From positions 19,070 through 83,069 of IMG/VR virus record IMGVR_UViG_3300028653_000014: a stretch of DNA of 64,000 bases. One strand, 5' to 3'. The notes below the pieces were generated by a model that searched no databases, was not told the DNA's origin, and was given only the letters and a program-made list of their open reading frames with translations. Origin of the DNA: a virus. Shown here in pieces: positions 39,117-48,734 of this stretch. Each line of letters starts with the position of its first letter. Within the stretch, counting starts at the first letter, position 1. The translations under genes were made by a program, and so were the position numbers.

Positions 39117-40978
39117 CAGGCCACCGAGAACGTGTCGAAGATCGTCTTGCCGATCCCCGAGGTGTCACCGGCAATCAGGCGTACCGTCACGATCCCAGCC
39201 TGGGTCGGGTCAATCGTGATCGACTGCTGCTCCCAGGCGTTACGGGCCAACGAGTCGAAACTGACCTGGACGTCTCCGACACCGACCTGGCCGCCCTTCA
39301 CAATCTGAAGTTGCGGCAACGGGCCTGCATAGTTCGAGTCGAACTGGCAGTAGACACTGATCGTGAGAACGCCCGCGTCTACAGCAAGATCGAAATCCTG
39401 GAATCCGTCGCCGACCACGGAGATGGCGTTCGCGCCAGTGTGAACTGTCCCGGTTTCCTTGCCGAAGTTGTTGCCCGCCTGGAACGCGCCCGAGTCGATC
39501 CGGGTCGAGAGGGACGGGCGCGGCCCGGCTCGGCCGTCGAGCGGGGTCTGCGAGCCGTCCGCACCGAACACATAGGGAGCCAGTGGACCGCCCGCGATCG
39601 GCTCGCCGAACACCCGAGACTCCGCGCCCCAAACCCGCTCCTGCCCGAAGTAGAACAGGGGCGCCCATGACGCGTCCGCGAGGTTCTGAGAGTGAGGCCC
39701 GGCCGTCACGAGCGTGTTCGCTACCCGGTTCGTGTTCATGTTGTAGTCCTCAAGGATCTGCCCGGCAACGGCCGCCGTCAGGAAAGCCTGATTGCCGCCG
39801 TACGAGAAACAGTTCTTGACGAGACACGGGACCGTCGTCGACGAGCCGGTGACGTTCAGGAGCGCCGGGCCGAGCACGGAGGCGTTGTAGATCCGGAGGC
39901 CGCCGCCCTTACCGGTGCCGGAGCCGCCCGAGATGACGGAGATGGCGACGGTGGGGCCGAGGAGGTGCGAGCAGTTCGTCATGGTGATGTTGAAGTCGTA
40001 GTCGGGACCGGCGCCGAGCGTCGCGGTGATCTGGATGTGCCCGCCAGCGGTCGCGGAGATGACGTCGACGCCGCCGCCGATGAAGAGGCACCGGTCGAAA
40101 AGCCAGTTCATGTTCGAGCCGTATGCGGCACCGATAGAGAAGAACCGGCGGCCCGCCGACGACCCTTGCTGGAACGCGCAGTCGCGCCACGTCACGTTGA
40201 CGCTACCGGCGGTGTTCGCGAGGATGTTGACGTTCGACGAAGCCTCACCGCCGACGCAGTACAGGTTCGCGAACGAAAGGTTCGGTTTGCCGTTCAGGTC
40301 GATCAACTGGTTCAGAGACGGAGCGGTACGATCACCGGCCGTGTAGGCAGTCCACTGCACCATCCCGACGTCGCCGGTCATGGCCCCCGTCACGTCGCCG
40401 AATATCTGCACCAGGCCGCCGACGGGCCGCCAGTTTGCCCCCATCGTCGACGAGAACCGGTACACCCCGGCGCCGACCCAGACGGTGTCCCCGGCCCCTA
40501 CCGGGCTGTTGGTGTCGCCCGTGATCGCGCTGTCGGCCCATGCCGCCCGAGGGTCAGCCCAGGCGCCGCCGATAGCCCACGTCTGCCCGGACGCGGACAG
40601 AGTGCAGGCACGGTCGAGGATCACCGTCGTTCCGTTCGTGACGGACACGATCTGGTGGCGGCGAGCGGTGGCGCCTGTCGAGATGCAGATGCCGCGACCG
40701 ACGTCGGCGGAGGTGAATGCGGCAGTCGCCGACGTGAACGTCGTGGTGTTGTTCGCTACGCCGTCCGTGCCTGACCGCAACGCCGTCAGCGACTTGTCCG
40801 ACCCGCCGTTGTTGTTCGATCCTCCCGCCCGGACGAACCAGTTGTCCCCGAGCGGCGTCGCGGCGCTGGTCTGCTGCGCCCGCGCCCCGGCCGCCGCACC
40901 GAGAACGTCGGTGGGGCGGAACGGGGTAGGCGGAAGGATGAACCCCGGTGCGAGCGCGGGCTGGTTCGGCCCCGGCAC
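39116..40978 (-). CDS. Beta-helix (pectin-lyase-like) fibre/spike protein
   Basis: GDTVWVGAGVY; repeated xxNC/DC strands; Gly/Ala-rich. Confidence 0.65.
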   Translation of the reverse strand: MPGPNQPALAPGFILPPTPFRPTDVLGAAAGARAQQTSAATPLGDNWFVRAGGSNNNGGSDKSLTALRSGTDGVANNTTTFTSATAAFTSADVGRGICISTGATARRHQIVSVTNGTTVILDRACTLSASGQTWAIGGAWADPRAAWADSAITGDTNSPVGAGDTVWVGAGVYRFSSTMGANWRPVGGLVQIFGDVTGAMTGDVGMVQWTAYTAGDRTAPSLNQLIDLNGKPNLSFANLYCVGGEASSNVNILANTAGSVNVTWRDCAFQQGSSAGRRFFSIGAAYGSNMNWLFDRCLFIGGGVDVISATAGGHIQITATLGAGPDYDFNITMTNCSHLLGPTVAISVISGGSGTGKGGGLRIYNASVLGPALLNVTGSSTTVPCLVKNCFSYGGNQAFLTAAVAGQILEDYNMNTNRVANTLVTAGPHSQNLADASWAPLFYFGQERVWGAESRVFGEPIAGGPLAPYVFGADGSQTPLDGRAGPRPSLSTRIDSGAFQAGNNFGKETGTVHTGANAISVVGDGFQDFDLAVDAGVLTISVYCQFDSNYAGPLPQLQIVKGGQVGVGDVQVSFDSLARNAWEQQSITIDPTQAGIVTVRLIAGDTSGIGKTIFDTFSVA

Positions 40979-40987
40979 AGGGTCTCC

Positions 40988-41719
40988 TTAGTTGATCGAA
41001 GCGAGCGTTCGCAGGTGGTTCGTAAGCTGCGTCGTCGCCGTGCCGACGGAGAACTGCGCCGTTACCGACAGCGCCGAAGCAGCGACCGTTGAGAGCGACG
41101 AGACAACAGCCGGAACGTTCGCGCCTCCGGCGGTCATCGTGTAGATCGACTGCGGCGCAGAATCGGCCGCGACCGGCACGTCGTTCAGGAACACCTTGCC
41201 CATGCAGTACGCCGAACCTGCCGCGCCGATGGAGCGCCAGCACAACGTCGCCTGCAGCGAGCCGGTGTAGTTCGACCGAGCCGTCGCGGAGAGAGCGATG
41301 GCGGCGGTGGCGGCGAGCAGGGTCCCGGCGACTCCACCCCAGCGGATACGGAACGTCAGGGTGCCCGGCGTGGTCACGACGTTCGACACATCGAACTCGC
41401 ACTCGATCTTGAAGTACGCGCCCGAGTAGATGTGCGGGTCGTTCGCGGCGAACGTGTAGTCCGGCGTGATGATCGCTTCGGCCGTCGAGTTCAGGATCTG
41501 CGTGCCGTCAGCGATGTCGGACGCGAGGATCTCGAAGAATCCCTGCTTCGTCGCGTTCGGGCCGGAACCACGCGGATGCGCTCGCGCCCGGTCGAGCTGC
41601 TCAAGCACCGATACGGGCAACCGCCCTTCCGCATAGGCGTCGTTCAAGTAGTCGCGGTAACGGTTGGCCTCGACCGGCTTGCCGGTACGAGGATCGAGGA
41701 TAAGTCCGGGATTCATCAT
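40988..41719 (-). CDS. Virion structural protein
   Basis: Beta-rich; TPGTLTFRIRWGG. Confidence 0.55.
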   Translation of the reverse strand: MMNPGLILDPRTGKPVEANRYRDYLNDAYAEGRLPVSVLEQLDRARAHPRGSGPNATKQGFFEILASDIADGTQILNSTAEAIITPDYTFAANDPHIYSGAYFKIECEFDVSNVVTTPGTLTFRIRWGGVAGTLLAATAAIALSATARSNYTGSLQATLCWRSIGAAGSAYCMGKVFLNDVPVAADSAPQSIYTMTAGGANVPAVVSSLSTVAASALSVTAQFSVGTATTQLTNHLRTLASIN

Positions 41720-42303
41720 GCCTCGCTGCTGGTCAGGCCGGAGGGCTGCACGACAGGCGTGTCGAGCGGGTTGATCGCCGTCGACGTGATCGACCCCCAG
41801 TAGATGATGTTCCCGGCACCGATGGTGACCGAGTCCAGGACGACATAGAACGTTGCCGTCTGGAGCGTCCCTGCATTCGTCGGGAACGTGATCGCGGTCG
41901 CGTTCGTGATCGCCGCCCCGGCCGTCGACGTCGGGAAGTTCGTCGTGTTCGCGGTGACCGTCACCCGTGTGTAGCCGGTGTACGACGCCTCACCCGAGGT
42001 CGCGCCCGTCGAGGCCGCCGTGATCGTCGACGTCCAGAGCGCGTGGAAGCTCGAAGCGGGGAACGAAAACGCGGCGGCGTTCCAGTACGCGTTCAGCAGC
42101 TTGCTGGCGTAATACTGGGACTTGCCGGACGCCCAGACGACGAGGTCTTTCAGGCTGCGGCGGAAGCCCCGCGTGATGACGGCGCCGGGGCGCAGAGACG
42201 GCAGCCACGGCGTCTCGATGATCGCGCCGTCAGGGCAGAACGTCAGGTTGACGCGGTTGCCGCGCCGGTTGTGCCACTGGATCTGGTCGAGTGCGATCTC
42301 CAC
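41716..42303 (-). CDS. Small fibre subunit-like protein
   Basis: GEASYTGYTRV, NATAITFP, GNIIYWG. Confidence 0.6.
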   Translation of the reverse strand: MEIALDQIQWHNRRGNRVNLTFCPDGAIIETPWLPSLRPGAVITRGFRRSLKDLVVWASGKSQYYASKLLNAYWNAAAFSFPASSFHALWTSTITAASTGATSGEASYTGYTRVTVTANTTNFPTSTAGAAITNATAITFPTNAGTLQTATFYVVLDSVTIGAGNIIYWGSITSTAINPLDTPVVQPSGLTSSEA

Positions 42304-42305
42304 GT

Positions 42306-42713
42306 CTACTCACCCCTCCGCTTCTTCAGCATTTCCTGGATCGCCTCGTACTCGTTCTGGTCAACCTGCAGACCCGGCTGCACGCCGTCCTCCAGCACGA
42401 TGTTCGCGAAGCGGCGATGCTTCCGCTCATGCCACGACCGGGTGTCCGCGTCCGTGGCGAGCCGGTAGCGCGAGTTGCCCTCGTCGTCGTCTTCGAGAAC
42501 GAGCCGTTGGTCGGGAACCTCATGCGGGTGGGCGACCACGGCGGCGAGTTCGGCCTCGGCCTCGGCAATCGCGTCCTTGTCGCCGTTCGCGGTCGCGAAG
42601 TCAAGCTGTGCCTGCGCGATAGCGGTACGCCGCGTCTTGTCGGCCTCGTCCGTCTTGACGGTGTAGTGCCAACCGTCCATGTAGACGATCGGGCCGAACT
42701 CAGTTTCAGTCAT
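42306..42713 (-). CDS. Hypothetical protein
   Basis: Coupled ORF. Confidence 0.6.
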   Translation of the reverse strand: MTETEFGPIVYMDGWHYTVKTDEADKTRRTAIAQAQLDFATANGDKDAIAEAEAELAAVVAHPHEVPDQRLVLEDDDEGNSRYRLATDADTRSWHERKHRRFANIVLEDGVQPGLQVDQNEYEAIQEMLKKRRGE

Positions 42714-44823
42714 CGATGTCCTCCTGGACGTAGACCTTCTCGCCCGTGACGGGGTCGAACTGGATTCGTACCTGCCGCGGCTTCACTTCCGCCGTGTGAG
42801 TGTGAACCTCAACCTGGGCGGGCGGCACGTTCACGACCGTCTCGGGGACGTTCACGACGACCGACGGTGCGGCCTGCTCCGGCACGGTGAAGTTCACGAC
42901 CGGCGCCTCCGCGGCGGCGACATGCACGTCGACCTGGGGGGCGGTCTGTTCCGGCACATGGACGGTGATCTGCGCGGGTTCCACCCGCACATTCTGCTCC
43001 GGCACGTTAACGGTGATCGGGGCGGCGGCCGTTTCGGGTCTGAGCGCGAACTGGCGGAGCGCCTCGATGGCAGCCGAGGCGAGGATGTCGCCCTGCGCGG
43101 AGCCGCGCTCCTGCACCGCCGACGCGACGAGCGCCATGACGCCCTGCGTGGTCGACAGGTGCGCGGCCTCCAACGTTGCGAGCGCCGCTCTGAGAGCGTC
43201 TGTGTCCATCGTTCCGGCGCCGACACCCGGTAGATCACCCAGCGAGGCGATGAGGCTCTCAGCGGACGGTACGGTCTCCTGGACGGGTTCTGGCGGCGTC
43301 AGGTCTTCCAGCACGATCGGCTCGGCCGCGAGCGCGAGCACCTCGGCGAACAGTTCGTCGGTCACGCCCGCGTTACCGGCGCGCTCGGTCACCCACTTGG
43401 CCGGGTTCTCCGGGTAAACGACCTGCGCGTCCCACCATCCGTCCGGGAGCGCCTCGGCCTCATGCTCGAAGTTGTCGACCCCGTCGATCGCGAGCATGTC
43501 GTCCTTGATCGGGTCAGGGTCGGTCCAGTCACCGCAGACGTACAGCACCGTCTTCGTGTCTGGATTCCACGCCGTCTCGCCGTAGCCGCTGGCCTCATCC
43601 TGATGCTTCGCGGCGACCTTGGCGATCTGAACGCCTACGTCCTGCGCAGCCGCGGCAGACATGGAGACGACCTGCTCGGGTAGCGCCGCTTCGCCTTCGG
43701 CCTTCCGCGCGTACAACTCCGCAAGCGTGCCGCCCGTCTCGACGGTCTCGCCAAGGAACGCGGACGCCTCGTCGGCGGAGAGCGGCCCAAACTCCAACTG
43801 TGACGCGCAGCGGCCCGGACGGCTGACCGCCGGGTGCAACGTCCCGAGTTCGTCGTTCGTCGTCACGAGCGCCAGCACCCGCAGCCCCTGACCGATCATC
43901 CCGTCGACGACGTTGAGCAGCCGCGACAGCCCCTGACCGTACGACTCCTTCGCGTTCGCCGCGAGCAGTTCCCCGGTGTCTTCCAGGATCAGCACCCGCC
44001 ACTTGCCCTGCGGGTCGCCTTCGCTGTAGACGTCACCGGTCGGCTCGTCGATCACGTCGTAACTGTCGGAGAGGAGCACACCGATCATGTAGGACGGGTC
44101 CTTGACGAAGAACGCGTCCGGGTCGGTGATGTAGTGGAACTCAGCCCACTTCGACCATTCCGACGCGAGCGCACGGAGCGCCCATGACTTGCCGGTTCCC
44201 GGTTCGCCCTGCCAGAGGATCAGTTGGCCGTCCCGCTTCGGCTCGTCCCACGACATCAGGTCGGCAAGTTCGGTGCGGACGGCGGCGGTGTAGTTGTGCT
44301 CGATGCCGTCCCACTGCGCCGACTCGATCTTCCGGAGGCGTGACTCGGGGCCGAACTTCCCGAGCGTCCAGAACGTGATCGGCACCTTCCCCTCCGTCGA
44401 GTTCAGGTAGGACGCCGGGAACTGCGCCCTGAACGCCCCGCACATCGCCGAGGCCGCCGCGCGGTCGTCTGACGCAACCTGGACGCGTAGCCACCCCCAG
44501 GAGAGCGACACGAGCGACAGCACGCCATCGGGGGAGCAGACGACGGCGCTCTCCCCGTCCCGGAACAACGTGCCTGGGATGTCTCCGAGACCGGCCGACT
44601 CGCACGGCCACCGGTCAGAGACGATCTCGTTGTGGTTCGCGGCAATCGCGAGGCTCAGGAATCTCCGCTCCGCGAGGCTGCCCTGCGTCAACTCGTAGTT
44701 CGAGACGACCTCCGGCTCGGCTGTCCCGGCGGCTAGAAGCGCCTCGTGGACGGCGCGGCGGCGTGCCCTCACGGACGGGTGACGAACGAGCGCCGGACGG
44801 CCGATGCTGACGGTGCTACCCAC
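42706..44823 (-). CDS. AAA+ ATPase (DUF5925-like) with a long C-terminal extension
   Basis: GEPGTGKS, LILED, LSRLLNVVDG, TTN, RPGR; C-terminal VNVPE repeats. Confidence 0.8.
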   Translation of the reverse strand: MGSTVSIGRPALVRHPSVRARRRAVHEALLAAGTAEPEVVSNYELTQGSLAERRFLSLAIAANHNEIVSDRWPCESAGLGDIPGTLFRDGESAVVCSPDGVLSLVSLSWGWLRVQVASDDRAAASAMCGAFRAQFPASYLNSTEGKVPITFWTLGKFGPESRLRKIESAQWDGIEHNYTAAVRTELADLMSWDEPKRDGQLILWQGEPGTGKSWALRALASEWSKWAEFHYITDPDAFFVKDPSYMIGVLLSDSYDVIDEPTGDVYSEGDPQGKWRVLILEDTGELLAANAKESYGQGLSRLLNVVDGMIGQGLRVLALVTTNDELGTLHPAVSRPGRCASQLEFGPLSADEASAFLGETVETGGTLAELYARKAEGEAALPEQVVSMSAAAAQDVGVQIAKVAAKHQDEASGYGETAWNPDTKTVLYVCGDWTDPDPIKDDMLAIDGVDNFEHEAEALPDGWWDAQVVYPENPAKWVTERAGNAGVTDELFAEVLALAAEPIVLEDLTPPEPVQETVPSAESLIASLGDLPGVGAGTMDTDALRAALATLEAAHLSTTQGVMALVASAVQERGSAQGDILASAAIEALRQFALRPETAAAPITVNVPEQNVRVEPAQITVHVPEQTAPQVDVHVAAAEAPVVNFTVPEQAAPSVVVNVPETVVNVPPAQVEVHTHTAEVKPRQVRIQFDPVTGEKVYVQEDIDD
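43360..43377. repeat. 18-bp pseudo-palindrome, copy 10 (intragenic)
   Basis: GGTCACGCCCGCGTTACC. Confidence 0.85.
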
Positions 44824-44825
44824 CG

Positions 44826-47441
44826 TTAGACCTGGCGGGCAAGCTCGGCGAACTCAGCATGAGCGGCCAACGCCTTGAACCGCTCCAACTCGACGGCCGA
44901 CAGTTCCTCGTCGAACACCGGGATGCCTGCCGCGAGCAGAGCGACGACGTGCATCTCGCCGTCATCCCCGGATGCGACGAGGTGGCGGCTGTACGGGACG
45001 GGGAAGCCCGGCACGTTCACAGCCAGCAGCGCGACAAGTTCGAGGTTCCCGTCGATCTGGCGCCAGTCACCCGACAGCTTCGCACCGCGGAGCAGCGCGA
45101 CCTTCTCGGCGGGCGCGTCCGGCTGCAACGCCCCGGCGACCCAGATGCCGTGCTCGTCCTCGCCACAGACGACGTGGGCGGCGACGGTGCCGGTGTGGTC
45201 GTAATGACGGGTCGCGTCCGCGGAGCGCATGTCGCGGTCGGCGTGGCCGGTGTCGAGGGTGATCTGTCCGCACGGCACCCGTTCGCCGTCCTCGCAGAGA
45301 ACCTCGCCCAGATGGAAATACGCGTAGTCGGTGTTCGAGTGCGGCGGCGACACGCACCTGCCGGGCAGCCCGATGTGGCAGGCGGGGGAGCCGTTGATCT
45401 CCCAGACGGCTGCATGGCCGGACACCCGGCCGTTCTCGTCGACCGTCAGCGGGGTCGGCCCTTCCAACTGCGGGTCGTCGAACCAGGACGCCGGGGGCGC
45501 CTCAGCGACAAGACCGGCAGCGGAGGCCGTCAACGACGGTTCGGCGTCGTCGCAGCCACAGTCCTCGCCCAGCACGGCGGCGGGCGTCTCAGCGGCTCCT
45601 GTGGGCTTCGCGAACCATCCCGCGTCAGCCGTGACCGTCCAGCACATCTCGGACTGCGCGGATGCGACGAGTGACTGCCCGACCGCGATCTGTGCCTCAC
45701 CGAACGCCGGGAACGGGCAGACGGTCGTCATGCCGATCTCGGCGGCCAGCACGACCGAGATGAGGTTCTCGCCGTACAGCAGGTCGAGCGGCGACACCTG
45801 GTCACGGTCGGCGTCAGGCTTCGGCGCCCACTCGCCGTCCTCGTTGAACCAGTCCGTCGACGGTGAGCGGTCCCACTTCTGAACCGCCAGATCGACCGAC
45901 ACACCGCGCAACGTGCGGTCGTCGACGAGCCGGGCGATCTCGGTGCCGTACTCCCCGGTGTCGAAAACCCCGGACGCGCGGATCAGACCAGCAGCCTCAT
46001 CCCGCCATATCTTCTGGATCTGCCCGCACAGTTCGGCACCGACGTGGCCGCCCTCTGACGTGACGGTCATCGCCATCAAAGCGAGCGGGCCGTCATCGAG
46101 CCGCGGCCACGTGATCGAACCAGGGGCGAACGCGCGCCCGTCCGACGTCATCTTCCCCTCGGGGGCCAGTACGGCAGACCACTCGGTCGGGCCTGCCGTG
46201 CTCATCGACGGCTCGGGTGCCTTCACACCCGCACGCCGCCGCGGCAGCTTCTCGCCCGGCTTGTGAGCCTCCGGCAGCGTCGCGCTGATCGCGTCCGCGA
46301 ACGTCATGCCGTTGATACCGGTGAACGTCATCGTCGCCGGGATGTCAGAGATGTTGTGCCAGCCGTTCTGGAAGGCGATCACGCCCGCGTTACTCGCGGC
46401 CATGTAGGCACCGCAGTCGCAGCCGGGAGACGAGCACGCACCGTCGTTGTCGTCGCCGCCGTGCATCCCGGCCGGATGCTCACAGTTGTCGCATGGAGCA
46501 AGAACCGCAAACCGGGCAGCGAACCTTGCCGAAAGTGCAGCAGCCTGCTTGACCCAGCCCTTCTCGATCGGCGTCCAGTCGGCCTGGTCGGAAAGCACCG
46601 GCTCCTTGTCGTCCCCGATCGTGAACGGGATCAGCCAGTACGACGGCCCATCGTCGTCATCATCAGACCCGGAGGGCGCGACGGACTCGGCCATGCTGGA
46701 GCCGTAGTTGCAGGCGATTGCTTTGTCCGCCGTCAACGCCACGTCGAGAACCGACCAGCCGTAGCCCAGCAGCGCTTGCAGATCGTCGGACAGGTCAGCG
46801 AACCCGTCCTCGTCGTCCCACACGGCGGTGCCAGCGGCGGGCGCGGCGGCGAACTCCTGCTCCCAGATCGCCGTCGCCATCGAGATGAGCGCAGGGTCGG
46901 CGTCAGGGCCGTGCTGCGCGTAGGCCATCGTGTGGGCTGCGGCGGAGGCGTCTCCCTTCCAGGGCGCCTCGATCTTGTCGTCTTCGTACTGCTTCGCGGC
47001 CTTCTCGTACAGCCCCTCGACGCGCGTCTTGATCGCGTCCGCGTCACTGCCGATGTCGGCACCTCCCCGCGCGCCCTGGAGCACCCCGGCGACCGCCGTG
47101 ATGCCGCCCCAGTTCGCGACGAGTTTGCCGTCGACCGGCTCAGCGAACCCGAGCTTGAACTTCCCGAAGTCCTCAGCGGGGCCGTCAGACGTGTCCTTGT
47201 AGAGGAACGCCTGCCCGTACTTGCCCCAGTCGACCTTGTCCTTGTCGCCGGAGCCGTCCGAGGACGCCCACTTCGCGACGGCCTGCGCGGCGGCGGGGCC
47301 GTCCCACTTCGCGTCGCGCTCCCCGAGCGGGAGACTCGTGCTGCCGCTCGCTGCGGCCACCAGCGCTGCCGGGCGCACTGCCCGCATCGCTACCTGCCGC
47401 CGTTCGGTCCTGCGCCTACGTGCCCCGGTTCCTCTCGACAT
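44826..47441 (-). CDS. Capsid maturation (prohead) protease, multidomain
   Basis: EGKMTSDGRAF, GH..AELCG.I, RGVSVD, PAF; GRVSGH, SGDWR, VNVPGFP; position between the MuF-like gene and the capsid. Confidence 0.75.
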   Translation of the reverse strand: MSRGTGARRRRTERRQVAMRAVRPAALVAAASGSTSLPLGERDAKWDGPAAAQAVAKWASSDGSGDKDKVDWGKYGQAFLYKDTSDGPAEDFGKFKLGFAEPVDGKLVANWGGITAVAGVLQGARGGADIGSDADAIKTRVEGLYEKAAKQYEDDKIEAPWKGDASAAAHTMAYAQHGPDADPALISMATAIWEQEFAAAPAAGTAVWDDEDGFADLSDDLQALLGYGWSVLDVALTADKAIACNYGSSMAESVAPSGSDDDDDGPSYWLIPFTIGDDKEPVLSDQADWTPIEKGWVKQAAALSARFAARFAVLAPCDNCEHPAGMHGGDDNDGACSSPGCDCGAYMAASNAGVIAFQNGWHNISDIPATMTFTGINGMTFADAISATLPEAHKPGEKLPRRRAGVKAPEPSMSTAGPTEWSAVLAPEGKMTSDGRAFAPGSITWPRLDDGPLALMAMTVTSEGGHVGAELCGQIQKIWRDEAAGLIRASGVFDTGEYGTEIARLVDDRTLRGVSVDLAVQKWDRSPSTDWFNEDGEWAPKPDADRDQVSPLDLLYGENLISVVLAAEIGMTTVCPFPAFGEAQIAVGQSLVASAQSEMCWTVTADAGWFAKPTGAAETPAAVLGEDCGCDDAEPSLTASAAGLVAEAPPASWFDDPQLEGPTPLTVDENGRVSGHAAVWEINGSPACHIGLPGRCVSPPHSNTDYAYFHLGEVLCEDGERVPCGQITLDTGHADRDMRSADATRHYDHTGTVAAHVVCGEDEHGIWVAGALQPDAPAEKVALLRGAKLSGDWRQIDGNLELVALLAVNVPGFPVPYSRHLVASGDDGEMHVVALLAAGIPVFDEELSAVELERFKALAAHAEFAELARQV
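46377..46394. repeat. 18-bp pseudo-palindrome, copy 11 (intragenic)
   Basis: GATCACGCCCGCGTTACT. Confidence 0.75.
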
Positions 47442-47505
47442 GATTCTCCCAAGCCCTTTCAGTCGGTGTGGCTTCTGCCGGGAATCGTAGTGCGGTGTTT
47501 TTTCG

Positions 47506-47523
47506 GGTCACGCGCGCGTTACT
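47506..47523. repeat. 18-bp pseudo-palindrome, copy 12
   Basis: GGTCACGCGCGCGTTACT; overlaps the -35 position of the protease promoter (-10 at 47484-47489). Confidence 0.9.
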
Positions 47524-47827
47524 CCTCCTCGTACTCAAGCGGAATGTAGAAATGCTCGGCAAGCCACTCAACTGCCTCGGCGAACTCAAGTCCCTGAATC
47601 TCCTGGACGAACTGGATGACGTCGCCCCGCTTGCGACACCCGAAGCAGTAAAAGAGGCCCACATCCCCTGTACTCACGGCAAAGCTCCTCTTGCACTTTC
47701 CGTTGAAAGGGCAGAAGCCGACCCAGCGTTCACCTTGCTTTCTGAGAGCCGTCCGGTTGTCGATCAACTCCACAATGTCGACAACCTGCCGCACGACCAT
47801 GACGGAGGAGTCCTTGATACGCGCCAT
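47519..47827 (-). CDS. Stand-alone DnaG-type CHC2 zinc-finger protein
   Basis: DIVELI...GFCPF...SF...FYCFGC...GDVIQFVQEIQGLEFAEAVEWLA. Confidence 0.8.
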   Translation of the reverse strand: MARIKDSSVMVVRQVVDIVELIDNRTALRKQGERWVGFCPFNGKCKRSFAVSTGDVGLFYCFGCRKRGDVIQFVQEIQGLEFAEAVEWLAEHFYIPLEYEEE

Positions 47828-48681
47828 CACCGGTCGCTCCACGGCTCGGGCATTTCCCCGTTCTTCACAGCGAGAATCCCGACTTGCTTGCCGTCGCGCC
47901 ATTGGTTCATCGCCTTCAAGTTGTAGAGCAGCCATGTCTGGGGATGCTCGTTCGTCCGTTTTGCCATCGTAAGAATGGCCCATCTCCGATAGGTGAGAAT
48001 AGGGTCTTTCGCGGTCAGCCCTTCGCCTGTTGATGCGAGCCGCCAGAACTCCGCCGCCGCTTCGGGGTCGACGCGCGAGTTGAGATACAGCGCTACGGCC
48101 ACGGGCGTCCGTGGAATCCGTAGATTCACGTAGACAGATTTAGCGAGAGTGACCGCTTCTCGTATGCCGCCGTTGTCTTCTATCCACGTAAGTGCCTCTG
48201 ACCGTGACGGCCAGTCTGTCTGCTTGAAACGATGGTGTTCATATCGCCATGCCATGTTCGCGGCAGCGGCGAGGTCTTTCGACGCTCCTTCGGTCCCGGT
48301 GACGTGCATGGCGTGCTGAAGCGTTCTCGACCTTCCCGAGTCGACGAACTGGATCGCCCGCTCCTCGTTCGGTATCCCGCGCACGACGACGGACTGGATA
48401 GCGACCCCGGATTCAACGATGGCCCAGAGTCGATGCTGGCCGTCTAGGAGTCTCCCGGACTCCCCGAAGATGATGGACTCGCCCGTGAGGATGTACTCGC
48501 CTTTGCTCATGTCCCTGGCGATTCTCGTTACGACTAGCTGAGCTACAGGACGGTTGAGTCCGTTCAGTTCAAGCCATTCCGCCGCAGTTTCGGGCGTGAT
48601 GATTTCGATGGTCACACTGACGTCCGCCAGGTCGAGGGACGCCAGAAGATCACGGACTTCCAGTGAGGAAGATCGCGTCAC
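47827..48681 (-). CDS. ParB/Srx N-terminal-domain protein
   Basis: ITPETAAEWL..N..NR, LLDGQHRLWAI; SD AAGGAG before GTG 48681. Confidence 0.7.
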   Translation of the reverse strand: MTRSSSLEVRDLLASLDLADVSVTIEIITPETAAEWLELNGLNRPVAQLVVTRIARDMSKGEYILTGESIIFGESGRLLDGQHRLWAIVESGVAIQSVVVRGIPNEERAIQFVDSGRSRTLQHAMHVTGTEGASKDLAAAANMAWRYEHHRFKQTDWPSRSEALTWIEDNGGIREAVTLAKSVYVNLRIPRTPVAVALYLNSRVDPEAAAEFWRLASTGEGLTAKDPILTYRRWAILTMAKRTNEHPQTWLLYNLKAMNQWRDGKQVGILAVKNGEMPEPWSDR

Positions 48682-48734
48682 GGGTGAACTCCTTTTGGTT
48701 AAAGAGGGTCGACCCGGCAGGTGTGTCAAGTATG

